Shown piece by piece: positions 47,607 to 57,545 of a stretch of DNA of 61,782 bases. Numbering within the stretch: the first letter of the stretch is position 1; the number at the start of each line of letters is the position of its first letter. The DNA is taken from the IMG/VR virus record IMGVR_UViG_3300036785_000389, positions 1-61,782 of that record. The stretch is one strand, 5' to 3'. The notes beneath the pieces are model-generated. The model saw only the letters and a list, made by a program, of their open reading frames with translations. It had not been told where the DNA came from and did not search any database. The DNA comes from a virus (lineage: Duplodnaviria > Caudoviricetes). The position numbers and the translations under genes are program-made.

Positions 47607-48361
47607 TAGCCGGCTGCCTGTCGGTTAGGTGGAACAACGTTGGCGAGTTGCAGCGGGTCTATTGCCTGTTCATACATCCAATTTCCCAAACTTGGATTGG
47701 CCGCAGAACGCGCTCTCTGAACGAATGTCTGATAGTGCTGGAAATATCGTTGCGCGTCCGCTTGTCGAGCATTGGTCTGAGCCGACAGCAACGCATAATA
47801 GGCCGCAAAAAACGGCACCGAATCGGTCCACAGATAAGGAATGGCTTCGACCGTCGTATCATCGGTCAACGCAATAGGGTAACACACGCAATCGAGGTTA
47901 AGCGTGTAAATAGCATCAGGAATAGGATCGAGATAAAATGAACCGGATGATCCTGATCCAGTTGATGTTCCGGCAGAACCTTGAGCATACTGCGCCCATG
48001 TAGTCGGTAGCCCGCTGTTCGGAACGGAGTTATTCATGTGATACAACATGAACCATTCAAATGGTCGCGGATAAAGCCAAAACTGCCCGGTCCCTGAATT
48101 AACAGTTATGGCTCTAACGTGAATAACGCCGCGAATGCCGTTTGTCGCTGGTGTTCCCGTAGCGATGCTTGAAAAATTATACGCTCTCTGGCCGGATACG
48201 GTTGCTATCGTTCCGTAAAAGCGGATGCACTGAGACTCGCCGGCAAGCTGGCCGCGAGCAAGATTAATCCATGTGTTTAGACTGGTAGTGTCATAAAGAG
48301 TAGTCGGAGAAGAAGGGTTCTGAAGAAGGTTCTTCGTATTGGTTTGATATGCTGTGAGCAT
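47606..48361 (-). CDS. Head-tail adaptor-like paralog 1
   Basis: WINLARGQLAGESQCIR; LDCVCYP..IPYLWTDSVPFFAAY. Confidence 0.7.
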   Translation of the reverse strand: MLTAYQTNTKNLLQNPSSPTTLYDTTSLNTWINLARGQLAGESQCIRFYGTIATVSGQRAYNFSSIATGTPATNGIRGVIHVRAITVNSGTGQFWLYPRPFEWFMLYHMNNSVPNSGLPTTWAQYAQGSAGTSTGSGSSGSFYLDPIPDAIYTLNLDCVCYPIALTDDTTVEAIPYLWTDSVPFFAAYYALLSAQTNARQADAQRYFQHYQTFVQRARSAANPSLGNWMYEQAIDPLQLANVVPPNRQAAG

Positions 48362-48392
48362 CCATGCCTCCAGGCGGAGGCTACCGCCAAAA

Positions 48393-48620
48393 CTATACCT
48401 TCTTCAAGATGCGTCTGAAACCGGGGACTGATCGTTCCGCATCAAACGTATACCACTCCTGCCCGCCATCGGGTCCTTTGCACAAGAACGGCGTGTTCAA
48501 CTGCATCGCGTTCTGCTGGTCGCCCGGTGTTTGACATACCGTATCATCTATAAGCAAAACGGCCGGCTGATTTGGCGTAAAACCAGCCGGCACTCCTGTG
48601 ACCGATTGCGAGTACGTCAT
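48393..48620 (-). CDS. Hypothetical structural protein
   Basis: Coupled ORF. Confidence 0.6.
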   Translation of the reverse strand: MTYSQSVTGVPAGFTPNQPAVLLIDDTVCQTPGDQQNAMQLNTPFLCKGPDGGQEWYTFDAERSVPGFRRILKKV

Positions 48621-49807
48621 TACGGTGCCGGCTGGATGATCGCGGTGTCAGGACGGCTTCCCATGGTGAACACGATGGTCGATGAACCCGTGACCGAGCC
48701 ATAGACACCCACCGTAGTCGGCAAGGTCTGGAGGATTGGAGACGGCGGCGAAGCGAACACACCGCTATCGATGAGCGTGCCGACCTGTGCAGCGATCGTG
48801 CCGCCGCCAGTCGATACCAGCGAGATTTGCGCCTGTCGCGGCAGGAACCGAAGGCCAAGATACTCGGGGCTGTTCGTAAGCGTGCCGAGCGAGTATCCGC
48901 CACCCTGCGACGTGACCGCGACACCCGTGGTCAGATTGAGCGTCGAAGTACCAACCAGCGAACATGCCGTAATGGTCTGCAACATGGCCGGGATGACCGT
49001 GGCGTTCGTGCCCGCGCCAGCCACCGTCAAGGTGATATTGGCCGGGTTCGAGATTGGGTTGCCGGGGTTGGTGCAAAGCGCGCCGACCACCGAGCCGGAG
49101 CCGGTCAAGCTGAATGAAACGGTCCCCAGTGTGATGCCGGTCGCGATGTTCGGGTCTGTCGGGTTCGGCAGAAGCACGATGTTGGTCGGAGCGGTCGGAT
49201 AACCGGCGCCGGGATTGGTGATGACGATCGTGCTGATCGTGCCAGAGCTGATACCGGCATAGCCGGATGCCTGGATGCCGCCGACGCCGTTGGCGTTGTT
49301 GGCAGGCGGCGGCGGAGCCGGGATAATTAGGATCGGCGGAACGCCATAACCGGCACCAGCCTGTGCCGTAACGAGCGTGCCGGCTTGCGTAAGCTGGCCG
49401 CCGACGATAGGCGCCCAGGTCGAGCCGCCGCCGCCTGTGACCGAAATCGTGGTTGACGCCTGCACATAGGCCGTGCCGCCAGGATTGGTGACAATGCCGC
49501 CGATCGGGCAGCCAAGGCGGTTGGCAATACGATAGTTGAAGCCATCCGACTTGATGTAATGAAGTTGACCCTGTTGGCCGGCGCACGCTGCCCACTTCCA
49601 CGTACCAGTTACCGAGTCGTAGTATTCGAGCATAAGATACATGCCCAAACTGATGTACCAAGTGCCGGCGGCGATCGGAAGCTGATCTCCAGCGTTCAAG
49701 GTAAGATGGTTCGTGCCCGAGTCGTAGGGTGCGTTATATAATTGTGAAGGATAAAGGTTCTGGGGTAGCGCGAGGCCAAGACCGGGACCTGACAACGGAG
49801 CGGGCAT
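48620..49807 (-). CDS. Capsid decoration-like protein with NPGAGY repeats
   Basis: Directly after the capsid gene; RBS AGGAG; T/G-rich beta repeats. Confidence 0.6.
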   Translation of the reverse strand: MPAPLSGPGLGLALPQNLYPSQLYNAPYDSGTNHLTLNAGDQLPIAAGTWYISLGMYLMLEYYDSVTGTWKWAACAGQQGQLHYIKSDGFNYRIANRLGCPIGGIVTNPGGTAYVQASTTISVTGGGGSTWAPIVGGQLTQAGTLVTAQAGAGYGVPPILIIPAPPPPANNANGVGGIQASGYAGISSGTISTIVITNPGAGYPTAPTNIVLLPNPTDPNIATGITLGTVSFSLTGSGSVVGALCTNPGNPISNPANITLTVAGAGTNATVIPAMLQTITACSLVGTSTLNLTTGVAVTSQGGGYSLGTLTNSPEYLGLRFLPRQAQISLVSTGGGTIAAQVGTLIDSGVFASPPSPILQTLPTTVGVYGSVTGSSTIVFTMGSRPDTAIIQPAP

Positions 49808-49819
49808 TTCAAACTCCTT

Positions 49820-50860
49820 TTAGAAGGCGTTGCCGAGCAGGCCATAGCCCCAGAAACCGGAACTGGATTTGGCCGAAACCACATCGTAGCCGACGACCAC
49901 GACACCTTGCTGGCCGATCTGACCAAGCGGAACTAGCGAGTAGAACCCGGAGAAGTCGAACGCGGCATCTTCGGATAGGTACATCGCGGTGTATTTGACG
50001 TTGACACCGAACACGTTGCCCTGCGGGCAGAAGTGGTCGGCGAAGATAGGAACGCCAGAAATGTTGATGTTCGGAAACGACGAGCGGATCGGGGTGCCCA
50101 TCGTATAGGAACTGCCGGGATCAACGAACGTAGTTTCGTGACCAACTATGTCCTTGTTGAGCGTGGCGTAGTCGCCGGGGTTCATGACAACGAACGTAGG
50201 GGCCTCTCCGCCGGCCGTATCGGTCACGTAAGCAAGCAACGTCGCCATCGAGGCGCGAGTGAAGCCGACCGTGCCTTGGCTAAAGGTGCCTGAGTTCAGA
50301 TTGATGTACTGACCCTTGAACGCTGAGTTGCCGGCTGCGGTGCGCGAGATGCCACCGTAGGTCGGGAAGTTGGTGCCATCGTCAAAAGCGTCTTGCAGAC
50401 TGTTCGGGAATAGAGGATTGGCGCCGTTGTTGGTAAATGCCAGTCGCGCCATGTTCTGCCGTGTCACGGCATACACGTCGTTCATGCGCGCTTTGAGCAA
50501 CGAGATTTCGCGGTCGGTCGCCTGGATCACCGTCTCACCGAAGGGCAGCGGGACCGGCACGACCCAATAAGCCAAATTCCACTGGCCGTTTTGTATTCCG
50601 GGGGTGATGACGGGAGAATTGAAGCCGCCGCCATAGCCGGTGAATTGACCCTGCACCATGCTTTGTCCTTGCATGGGTACTGTGATCTGATTCAAGCCGC
50701 CGGCCGCTCTCTGAGCGTTTCCGATCATGTAGAACAGGAACGGAGAGCCGAAATAAATCTGGACAAACAGCCTCGGGACGAAAGCCCTGCGTGTTACGGC
50801 CGCCAGTTCGTTGTAAAGCGCACCCGCTGCGGGAGCGACGCCAATTCCAGGTAACGACAA
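49820..50860 (-). CDS. Major capsid protein
   Basis: 346 aa after the scaffold; strong RBS GAGGAGG; YNEL..VTRRAFVP, YGGISR, GVPIFADHFCP. Confidence 0.85.
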   Translation of the reverse strand: MSLPGIGVAPAAGALYNELAAVTRRAFVPRLFVQIYFGSPFLFYMIGNAQRAAGGLNQITVPMQGQSMVQGQFTGYGGGFNSPVITPGIQNGQWNLAYWVVPVPLPFGETVIQATDREISLLKARMNDVYAVTRQNMARLAFTNNGANPLFPNSLQDAFDDGTNFPTYGGISRTAAGNSAFKGQYINLNSGTFSQGTVGFTRASMATLLAYVTDTAGGEAPTFVVMNPGDYATLNKDIVGHETTFVDPGSSYTMGTPIRSSFPNINISGVPIFADHFCPQGNVFGVNVKYTAMYLSEDAAFDFSGFYSLVPLGQIGQQGVVVVGYDVVSAKSSSGFWGYGLLGNAF

Positions 50861-50875
50861 ACTAGCCTCCTCTTA

Positions 50876-51460
50876 TCAGCGGCGCTGAGTTCCGCGAATG
50901 TCAGCCAAAGCTTCCCGCGCCATCTTGTCGAGGAGCGGAGAGCTTTCGCCCTTGGTTTCGATGAGTGATTTGAGGTCTTTGTCGCCGTCATCCGGCAACA
51001 CAGTGAAATCCCACGCGCCGTTCCCGTTCGGCTGGATAGGAACTTGCTGCGGAAACTGTCGCTCGATGTAGGCGGCGGCGATCTCGACATCGAGAATGCC
51101 GCGCTCCTCCATAACCTTCTTGACCTTCTCGATCCCGTCCTCGGTCCACTTGTCCCGACGAAGTTCCGCAAATCCTTGCGCCTGCTTGGTTTCAATGGAC
51201 TTGAATTTATCATCCTGCTCGCGCTTGGCTTCCGCCTCTTTTCGCGCTTTCTTTTCTTCCGCCAGTTCGGCGCGTAGGTCCGAAAGGTCCTGCTCATAGG
51301 GGTCGGCCGGAGGATCGGCGATCTTGGCGTCCGGGTTGACTGTCTTAATCAACTCGTGAAGCTTCTTGGCCGTGCGCGGGTTCTTTGCCAGCCCCTCGAC
51401 CAGCGCCCGCGCATTGCGGTTCTGCTGCAATTCTAGTTCATCAACCTCGACCGTTGCCAT
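50876..51460 (-). CDS. Scaffolding protein
   Basis: Charged coiled-coil immediately before the capsid gene. Confidence 0.6.
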   Translation of the reverse strand: MATVEVDELELQQNRNARALVEGLAKNPRTAKKLHELIKTVNPDAKIADPPADPYEQDLSDLRAELAEEKKARKEAEAKREQDDKFKSIETKQAQGFAELRRDKWTEDGIEKVKKVMEERGILDVEIAAAYIERQFPQQVPIQPNGNGAWDFTVLPDDGDKDLKSLIETKGESSPLLDKMAREALADIRGTQRR

Positions 51461-51463
51461 GGT

Positions 51464-51652
51464 CTATCGCCCTACCGTCGAGCCGGCGTTCGGCACATGG
51501 CTGATGTTGAGTGATTCCGACTTCGATCCGGCCGGAAGGTGGTCCTTGCGGCCCTGAATCTCGATTTCTTCCATCGAGACGCGAACGATCTGTTCGTCCG
51601 CTTTCATCGGAACGGTCTTGGCCGCGTTCTGGAAAATGTTCATGTTCGACAT
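51464..51652 (-). CDS. Small head-module protein
   Basis: RBS AAGGAG. Confidence 0.55.
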   Translation of the reverse strand: MSNMNIFQNAAKTVPMKADEQIVRVSMEEIEIQGRKDHLPAGSKSESLNISHVPNAGSTVGR

Positions 51653-51665
51653 GGTTTCAACTCCT

Positions 51666-51893
51666 TCAAACTCGCCCGCGATTGGGGCGGTTGGCGACAC
51701 TCATTGCTGGATTAAAGACCTGCCCCGGTAGCCGCGCAAAATTGGAAGCTGTTTCATCCGGTGCCTGTGCGGTTTTTACCGACAGATTCGTATCGGCATG
51801 TTCGTGATCGGCGGAACCCGACATGGAAGGACCACTAGACACACTCACCGTCTTGAACACCGACTTCATCTTAGTTTTCGTCAAGTGCGGCAT
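51666..51893 (-). CDS. Small head-module protein
   Basis: Coupled ORF. Confidence 0.5.
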   Translation of the reverse strand: MPHLTKTKMKSVFKTVSVSSGPSMSGSADHEHADTNLSVKTAQAPDETASNFARLPGQVFNPAMSVANRPNRGRV

Positions 51894-52285
51894 TAAGCGG
51901 CCTGGGCCGGTTGAGACGCGGCAGGCGACGGGCCACCTGCTTGGGCGGCCTTCATCTGCTGCTGCATCTGAGAATTTTGCTGGTTCTTCATCGCCATCTG
52001 TTCGATGTTATTCCGCTCGGCGGCCGGGTTTAGTTGCCCCGGTTGAACGTGCTTGGCGAGCTTCTTAATCATGTCCATTACTTGCATGCCGACTTCGGAT
52101 GTCGCGCCCACCAACGGAAGCGCCTCGGTCAGCAACTTGGTTGCCATCCCCAACTTCTGCATGCCTGCTGCTTCAAACCCCTTATTGGGTGTAGGTCCCG
52201 TTATCGGGGACGCTCCCATGGGGGCCTGCTGCGGTCCGCCCTGACCGGGCATTTGTGCAGTCGTTGGTGACGGCGAATCAGGCAT
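51893..52285 (-). CDS. Q/P/M-rich head-module protein
   Basis: ALPLVGATSEVG helical core. Confidence 0.65.
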   Translation of the reverse strand: MPDSPSPTTAQMPGQGGPQQAPMGASPITGPTPNKGFEAAGMQKLGMATKLLTEALPLVGATSEVGMQVMDMIKKLAKHVQPGQLNPAAERNNIEQMAMKNQQNSQMQQQMKAAQAGGPSPAASQPAQAA

Positions 52286-52301
52286 GGGCGATCAAATGCC
52301 C

Positions 52302-52346
52302 TTACTTCCGGCCCTTGCGACCCTTGCGACGGTAGTGCGTCAGCAT
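52302..52346 (-). CDS. 14-aa basic micropeptide MLTHYRRKGRKGRK
   Basis: RBS GGAGAG 6 nt before the ATG; TAA stop; heads the capsid operon. Confidence 0.6.
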   Translation of the reverse strand: MLTHYRRKGRKGRK

Positions 52347-52490
52347 TTGGTACTCTCCGTGTTGGGTGTTGGGTTGACTAAACAGTGGAGAGAATTTCGT
52401 TAATTCACGGGAATTACTAGATAGTTGACAAAATGAACTCCGGTAGCGTATTGATTATTTTACAACGTGTTAAAGGATGCCAATTTTTCA

Positions 52491-52727
52491 ATGGCGCAAA
52501 GTAACGGAAAAATTGAACGGCGTTACTGGACGGCAAAAGAAGCCGCCGCTTACATACCAGTCTGCGTGACCACACTGTACCAATGGGTAGGCGTCGCAGA
52601 GGGAAAAAAGATCGCAGGAAAAATCAGCAAACTACACGGACCGCCCCCGCCTTTTCGAAGATTCGGTCATAACAAATTGATGTTTCCTGTCGAACGATTC
52701 AAAACCTGGGCCGACGCTCCCAACTAA
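52491..52727 (+). CDS. Excisionase/AlpA-like HTH protein
   Basis: WTAKEAAAYI..TTLYQW..PPPFRRFG..LMF...FKTW. Confidence 0.75.
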   Translation: MAQSNGKIERRYWTAKEAAAYIPVCVTTLYQWVGVAEGKKIAGKISKLHGPPPPFRRFGHNKLMFPVERFKTWADAPN

Positions 52728-52735
52728 GGAAAAGT

Positions 52736-53077
52736 TTGATGCACAGCATCACCGTCATCATCGGCTCTCTTGCGTTCGCATTGATTTTCAAGACCAAAGA
52801 GAGCGCTGCCAAAGCCTGCACTACTCTCGGAGAAAGAATTGGTGAATACCTAGTTATAGAAGATGACTACGGACAAAAAATAGACGCTCGCTTTGATATG
52901 ATCGCCGGTTTTATCTTCGAGGACATGGAAAAAAGCAAACTAGCCCATGTCGAACGCGCCTTGCACCAACAGCGCACTCAAAACCTCGCGCAAAAAACCG
53001 CTGAAACCGATCCTAGCCTTCGCATGGCGCGCAACATGAACGGGCCTGCCATCGTCAGTCCGTTCCCACGTAACTAG
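52736..53077 (+). CDS. Hypothetical protein (opposite strand within the head module)
   Basis: IEDDYGQ; RBS AAGGA. Confidence 0.65.
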   Translation: MMHSITVIIGSLAFALIFKTKESAAKACTTLGERIGEYLVIEDDYGQKIDARFDMIAGFIFEDMEKSKLAHVERALHQQRTQNLAQKTAETDPSLRMARNMNGPAIVSPFPRN

Positions 53078-54795
53078 CGGCGGCCACCACCAAGAGACTT
53101 GGCGAGTATTTTCTGGCCGACTTCCGGGTTTTCCTTGAGGATATTTTGAAGCATCGCCGCTTGGCGTTGTTCCTTCTCGCGCAATTTGATCTTGGCGCCT
53201 TCCTTGTCGGGCAAGGGCAAGTGGTCGATCGCATACTCGCCATCGACAATGCCGGATTTCTGCGCGTAAGTGACAAGCTGCTGGTTCTCGCTTGAGAAAA
53301 TAGGCGATGACGAATGGCTATCCACCGTCACGAACCAATCATCCGGCAAATTTGACAGCAAGAAACTGGTCTTTTGTGCGTCCTCTGGTGTGTCTGCCTT
53401 AGTCCAATAGGTCGAAGCGTCCTTGGCTTCCTTGATCGACAAAGTTAGATCGGCAGCGTTCTCGACTTGACGCTCGATAATCAAAGCACGATCACGCAAT
53501 GTCGGAGCCGCCGTTTTCATCAACGTGTCGGCATGTGCGCCGGCCCGAACTCCCGGCTCACCCTTACCCTGCATAATCTCTGGAAACGATCCTAGATTGT
53601 TGATCGTGTCGATCATAAATTTTATCATGTTCAACAATTCGGCCGGGAAAGCAGGAGTCAAATCCTGCACCTTCCCGGTAGGACCCATATTCATGTAACC
53701 AGAGATACGAAACTGCCCGTACTGTTCGTCGGTGATATTGTTGTCGCCCATGAAGGCGAGTATTTTATCGACCTGCAATCCGGTCAACCGCTTCGCGTCA
53801 TCCGCCATGGACGACAACATGGCCTGCGGTTCGATCAAATCCACCAGTTCGCTTCTACCCCACAGCCAATTCGAGACTTCGTTGGCCTGGATCAACGTGT
53901 AAGGGTGCTTTCCCTCGACGCCGAGAAGGTTTGCCTTCTTATGTAATGGAGCAATCAAAACATCAGGATCAACCATGATTATCGTGGTGTAATCATCGTC
54001 GTCCTGTACCCATAATTCATGAATCTGCACGGTTTCAGCGGCGACCTGTGGACCCATGATCGCGAAGTTCGGATCGTTATTGAGTTGAACGATCCCGCCG
54101 GGGAGAGGGCGGGTGGCACCCTGCACTCCGGTCTGTATTTGAGATGTCGATAGGACCTGATGGAAAAACGACTGTGGATCGGACAATGATTGCCCGGTCA
54201 TGGCGTGCGAACGGATACGATTATAGAGCTTGTCCGCGTTGGGAAGGTGACAAATTCTGCGCCACACCTCTGGCAACGTCACAATGGAAGTCTCGCACAG
54301 TGCCGGCTGGCGCTCTAGTTCGTTCTCGGCTTCGTTGTAAACCCCAAACTGCCACGGCATGACTAGTTTGGCGTAGTAATTTGGCTTCTGCTTAGGTCCC
54401 TCGACCTGACACCACTGCTTCAAGAATGAAGCACCATACTTCATGGCGTCGAACACGCCGCGCCCGAACAACTTGTCAGTCGAATTTCTCTGCCACTGTC
54501 GAGTTAGCTGCTTGGAAACGACATTCGCTTTCTCGTACCATGTTTTCGCGGCAGGGCGGTCGAAGTCTATGGAGAATTTCAACTCGACCGGGCTATACAA
54601 ATGCGTTGCCGATCGATCAAGGTGCTTATACATCATATTGATGAGAGACTTGGTTCCGTCGTACCGGCCAGTCTCGGTAATCGAGTTCATCAACCGACAA
54701 TAAGCCGCTCTCGAGCCAACACTCACTCGACACTTTTCGATAGTGTCGTTGGTAAAATTCAACAACTCCTTTGGCGCGGACGGAACGGTAAGCAT
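53074..54795 (-). CDS. Portal protein
   Basis: 573 aa after terL; WLWGRSEL..L..PQ; GKGEPGVRAG..A. Confidence 0.8.
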   Translation of the reverse strand: MLTVPSAPKELLNFTNDTIEKCRVSVGSRAAYCRLMNSITETGRYDGTKSLINMMYKHLDRSATHLYSPVELKFSIDFDRPAAKTWYEKANVVSKQLTRQWQRNSTDKLFGRGVFDAMKYGASFLKQWCQVEGPKQKPNYYAKLVMPWQFGVYNEAENELERQPALCETSIVTLPEVWRRICHLPNADKLYNRIRSHAMTGQSLSDPQSFFHQVLSTSQIQTGVQGATRPLPGGIVQLNNDPNFAIMGPQVAAETVQIHELWVQDDDDYTTIIMVDPDVLIAPLHKKANLLGVEGKHPYTLIQANEVSNWLWGRSELVDLIEPQAMLSSMADDAKRLTGLQVDKILAFMGDNNITDEQYGQFRISGYMNMGPTGKVQDLTPAFPAELLNMIKFMIDTINNLGSFPEIMQGKGEPGVRAGAHADTLMKTAAPTLRDRALIIERQVENAADLTLSIKEAKDASTYWTKADTPEDAQKTSFLLSNLPDDWFVTVDSHSSSPIFSSENQQLVTYAQKSGIVDGEYAIDHLPLPDKEGAKIKLREKEQRQAAMLQNILKENPEVGQKILAKSLGGGRR

Positions 54796-55352
54796 CAGGC
54801 CCTTCGTCTATAATTTGGGCTGAACATCTCGTTCGCGGGACGATCACCAACCGCGTCGTAACCCACTCTTTCGGCATGTGCGCTACGCAAAACTGACTGA
54901 AACTTGGCACCCGAATTGGCAAACGGTCCTGACGCTACCGGACCGCTGAATCCAAGTCCGTTGTTTCCCTGAAAACCAAACGGGCTTTGCGGCGCCGACA
55001 CCATCTGAGCAACCGGATTATTTGCTAGAGACGGCGCTGCAATATCTCCGTTTCTCATTCCGGTGTTCATGTTGGTGATCTTGAGCGCAGACATTTCTGC
55101 GGCAGTAGCGCCGGTCATTTCCGCTGCTGCATTGGCGCGCACTTCCGACCCGGCCTCCATGTCTCGATAAACCTTATCGACCGAACGGTTTTTGGCCGAC
55201 GACAAGAACGGCATTGGAATGTCGATTATCTGAGATTCGGTCAAACCGATATTGGTTTTGCAATCAGGATTTGGGCACTGATCGGGAAACCCCTCGGTAG
55301 GCTTCCAAGGAAACTTCTTGCGACACTCGGGGCAACGGATGCTGAAAGCCAT
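54795..55352 (-). CDS. Zn-ribbon protein
   Basis: CPEC..CPNPDC. Confidence 0.7.
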   Translation of the reverse strand: MAFSIRCPECRKKFPWKPTEGFPDQCPNPDCKTNIGLTESQIIDIPMPFLSSAKNRSVDKVYRDMEAGSEVRANAAAEMTGATAAEMSALKITNMNTGMRNGDIAAPSLANNPVAQMVSAPQSPFGFQGNNGLGFSGPVASGPFANSGAKFQSVLRSAHAERVGYDAVGDRPANEMFSPNYRRRA

Positions 55353-55355
55353 GTC

Positions 55356-57266
55356 CTACCTATAGCGCCAAGCGTTCCTCGCCAGAACGGCCTGATCTTG
55401 GCGGCGGGCGCCCTGTTTAGCCTTGAAAAACATATCCAGATGGTTCCGATTAAACAAGGCCACCCGATCAACCACACTGCCGATCTTGCGAGCTTCCTCG
55501 GCTTCGCGCGTTCTGCGCTGTGAAATCAGGTTCTTTTGAGACTTTTGCTCCCAATTATAAGCCGCCAATGCCGCAGCAAGAACGCGGTCGTCCTTTTTAG
55601 ACCCCTGCGCTCCTATGGTATCCCCGTCTCGTGCAATAGACTGCATCTCGTTAATCAAATCAGCGGATCGGATGCGAACCACCGCCCGCGAAATATGATC
55701 GCGCAGCCGTTCCAGAACCATGATCTTTAGGCGGGTGTTGGTCAGCCAGTGCCAATTGTATCCCGCTCCCATGGCGTCAACGCGAGTGTAGATGTAGGTC
55801 TTGATGTTCTGGAAAAGATTTCTAAGACCCTTTTCCTCCACCATGGGCTGTAACCATGTCGCGTTGTCGATCTTATACTGTAGAGACTTTAACTCCGTGA
55901 ACACCGCAGAACCGGGACCGTTGATTTCAAGAATATACCGGACTTCGTTATTGCCCTGTCCGTACCAGCCCATGATGGTGGCGAGAACCCAAGCGAGCTG
56001 CTGTGCGGTAATCAACGGCGAAGCATATTCGGCCACCTGATCGACGCCATCGGCATAGCAACGAAATACTTCGATAGCCGACCTATCGTTATGCTCGTTT
56101 TCACCGTAGGCTGGATCGACGCCAATCGTATAGCAGGCGTCGTTTGGTTCCGGCTCCTCCCAAACTTTCAACTCGGTCATCTTCTGGTTAGGAGCCTTAT
56201 GAACCAGCATGTCCATGAACTCCTGACCTGGGGTGAACATATATCGTTCGTAGTTTTTGTTCACGTATTTGTTGGTGTGGTCGGTCAGTGTCTCTGGCGT
56301 GAAGAAAACAGAACCAGTTTGCTGGAAGGCTTCTTCTTCTGTCCAAGGCTGCTCTTGGATTTTTGTAGTGGAGCCTTCAAATTCAATTGTTTCTCCCTCC
56401 GCTGATTTGGCGGAAGGGTCCATCTTTCGACGATACCAAGCCAATATTTCCTGGCTTACTTCAAATGAGTATTGTTCCCGGACGGCTTGTATCTTCTTCA
56501 ATTCCTTATCTGTAGGTGGTTGCAATCCATATTTTTCAAAATCCTTATCATCCCTATCAATGCGTTGGCTTTGCTTGCTCCAAAAACCAAGGAAAACACA
56601 CTTGCAATGATCTGGATCATTGCGCGCGTTAATCCATAAATCGTTCCAGAAATTGAACCCCCTAGCGGTGGACTCATAAATATAAAGTCGGTCTGGATGT
56701 ACTTCTGACAACGACTGCTGAAACGCTTCAAATCCTTCTTCATTATCCCAAGAACACAATTCAGAACAATGAGCTATAGTAAGACCTACAGAGCGGCCTA
56801 GCGTTCCAGAACTCTTTGTCTTTCGCACACCAGCCGACATAAAAAGAACCTTGGAGTTATTTTCCAAAGTCAGGCCAGCACGATTGTTGTTTTTTATTGA
56901 AGGGAATTTTAGATTTGCAGGCAGGCCATCAATCATTAATTCCAATTCAACACGGCTTTCGCTTTTATTTTGATCCGTGTCAAATACGATGGCTCCCTTG
57001 AGCGCCTTGTGAACTCCTAGGAGAAAAATACAAAGAGCGCGTATGAGAGTAGAGATTCCCAATTGACGGCTCTTTAACACATAAATCTGGTGGATATCTT
57101 CTTCTAATGCGTCAAATATCTCAGTTATTAGCTCCATTTGCCCCCAATACAAATGTTTTCCAAGCGAGATTTCTCCCGCGTCTTTTGAATTAACAAAACA
57201 TCTGTCGAGATATTGGTAGAAAGCAATTTCTACCCGCTCTCTCTTTTCGTGGGACCATCCAGCCAT
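55356..57266 (-). CDS. terL: Terminase large subunit
   Basis: LKSRQLGIST, AHCSE, YESTARG, IGVDPA, DDRVLA. Confidence 0.93.
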   Translation of the reverse strand: MAGWSHEKRERVEIAFYQYLDRCFVNSKDAGEISLGKHLYWGQMELITEIFDALEEDIHQIYVLKSRQLGISTLIRALCIFLLGVHKALKGAIVFDTDQNKSESRVELELMIDGLPANLKFPSIKNNNRAGLTLENNSKVLFMSAGVRKTKSSGTLGRSVGLTIAHCSELCSWDNEEGFEAFQQSLSEVHPDRLYIYESTARGFNFWNDLWINARNDPDHCKCVFLGFWSKQSQRIDRDDKDFEKYGLQPPTDKELKKIQAVREQYSFEVSQEILAWYRRKMDPSAKSAEGETIEFEGSTTKIQEQPWTEEEAFQQTGSVFFTPETLTDHTNKYVNKNYERYMFTPGQEFMDMLVHKAPNQKMTELKVWEEPEPNDACYTIGVDPAYGENEHNDRSAIEVFRCYADGVDQVAEYASPLITAQQLAWVLATIMGWYGQGNNEVRYILEINGPGSAVFTELKSLQYKIDNATWLQPMVEEKGLRNLFQNIKTYIYTRVDAMGAGYNWHWLTNTRLKIMVLERLRDHISRAVVRIRSADLINEMQSIARDGDTIGAQGSKKDDRVLAAALAAYNWEQKSQKNLISQRRTREAEEARKIGSVVDRVALFNRNHLDMFFKAKQGARRQDQAVLARNAWRYR

Positions 57267-57296
57267 GATGGAAACTTAACTATTTCGGCAACAAAA

Positions 57297-57545
57297 TCAA
57301 CGCCCAAAAGCCTTCCCGGTACGCTGGCGAACCGCCATTTCCGTCTGAATTAGTTGCAATCTTGTCGCAATCGTCGAAATAAATTGAGCCTCGTCGGGTT
57401 GAGCGTCCAACGTCACAAACTCGATAGCCTCCCCTTGCGGAAGGACGATCACGCAAGCTCCGCCAAATGAAGCGTCCTTGTTGTGCTCGATCCTATCGGC
57501 CATGCGGCGAAGGGTGGCAACAGCTTGATCGGACTGCTCAGACAT
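57297..57545 (-). CDS. Hypothetical protein
   Basis: FGGACVIVLP. Confidence 0.65.
   Translation of the reverse strand: MSEQSDQAVATLRRMADRIEHNKDASFGGACVIVLPQGEAIEFVTLDAQPDEAQFISTIATRLQLIQTEMAVRQRTGKAFGR

Noticed and set aside
48765-49661. 298-aa Arg-rich alternative-frame ORF
   Set aside because: Off-frame product of GC3-biased codons in 48620-49807
55356-57266. Intein or intron in the long terL
   Set aside because: No intein splice motifs or homing endonuclease signature; the frame is continuous
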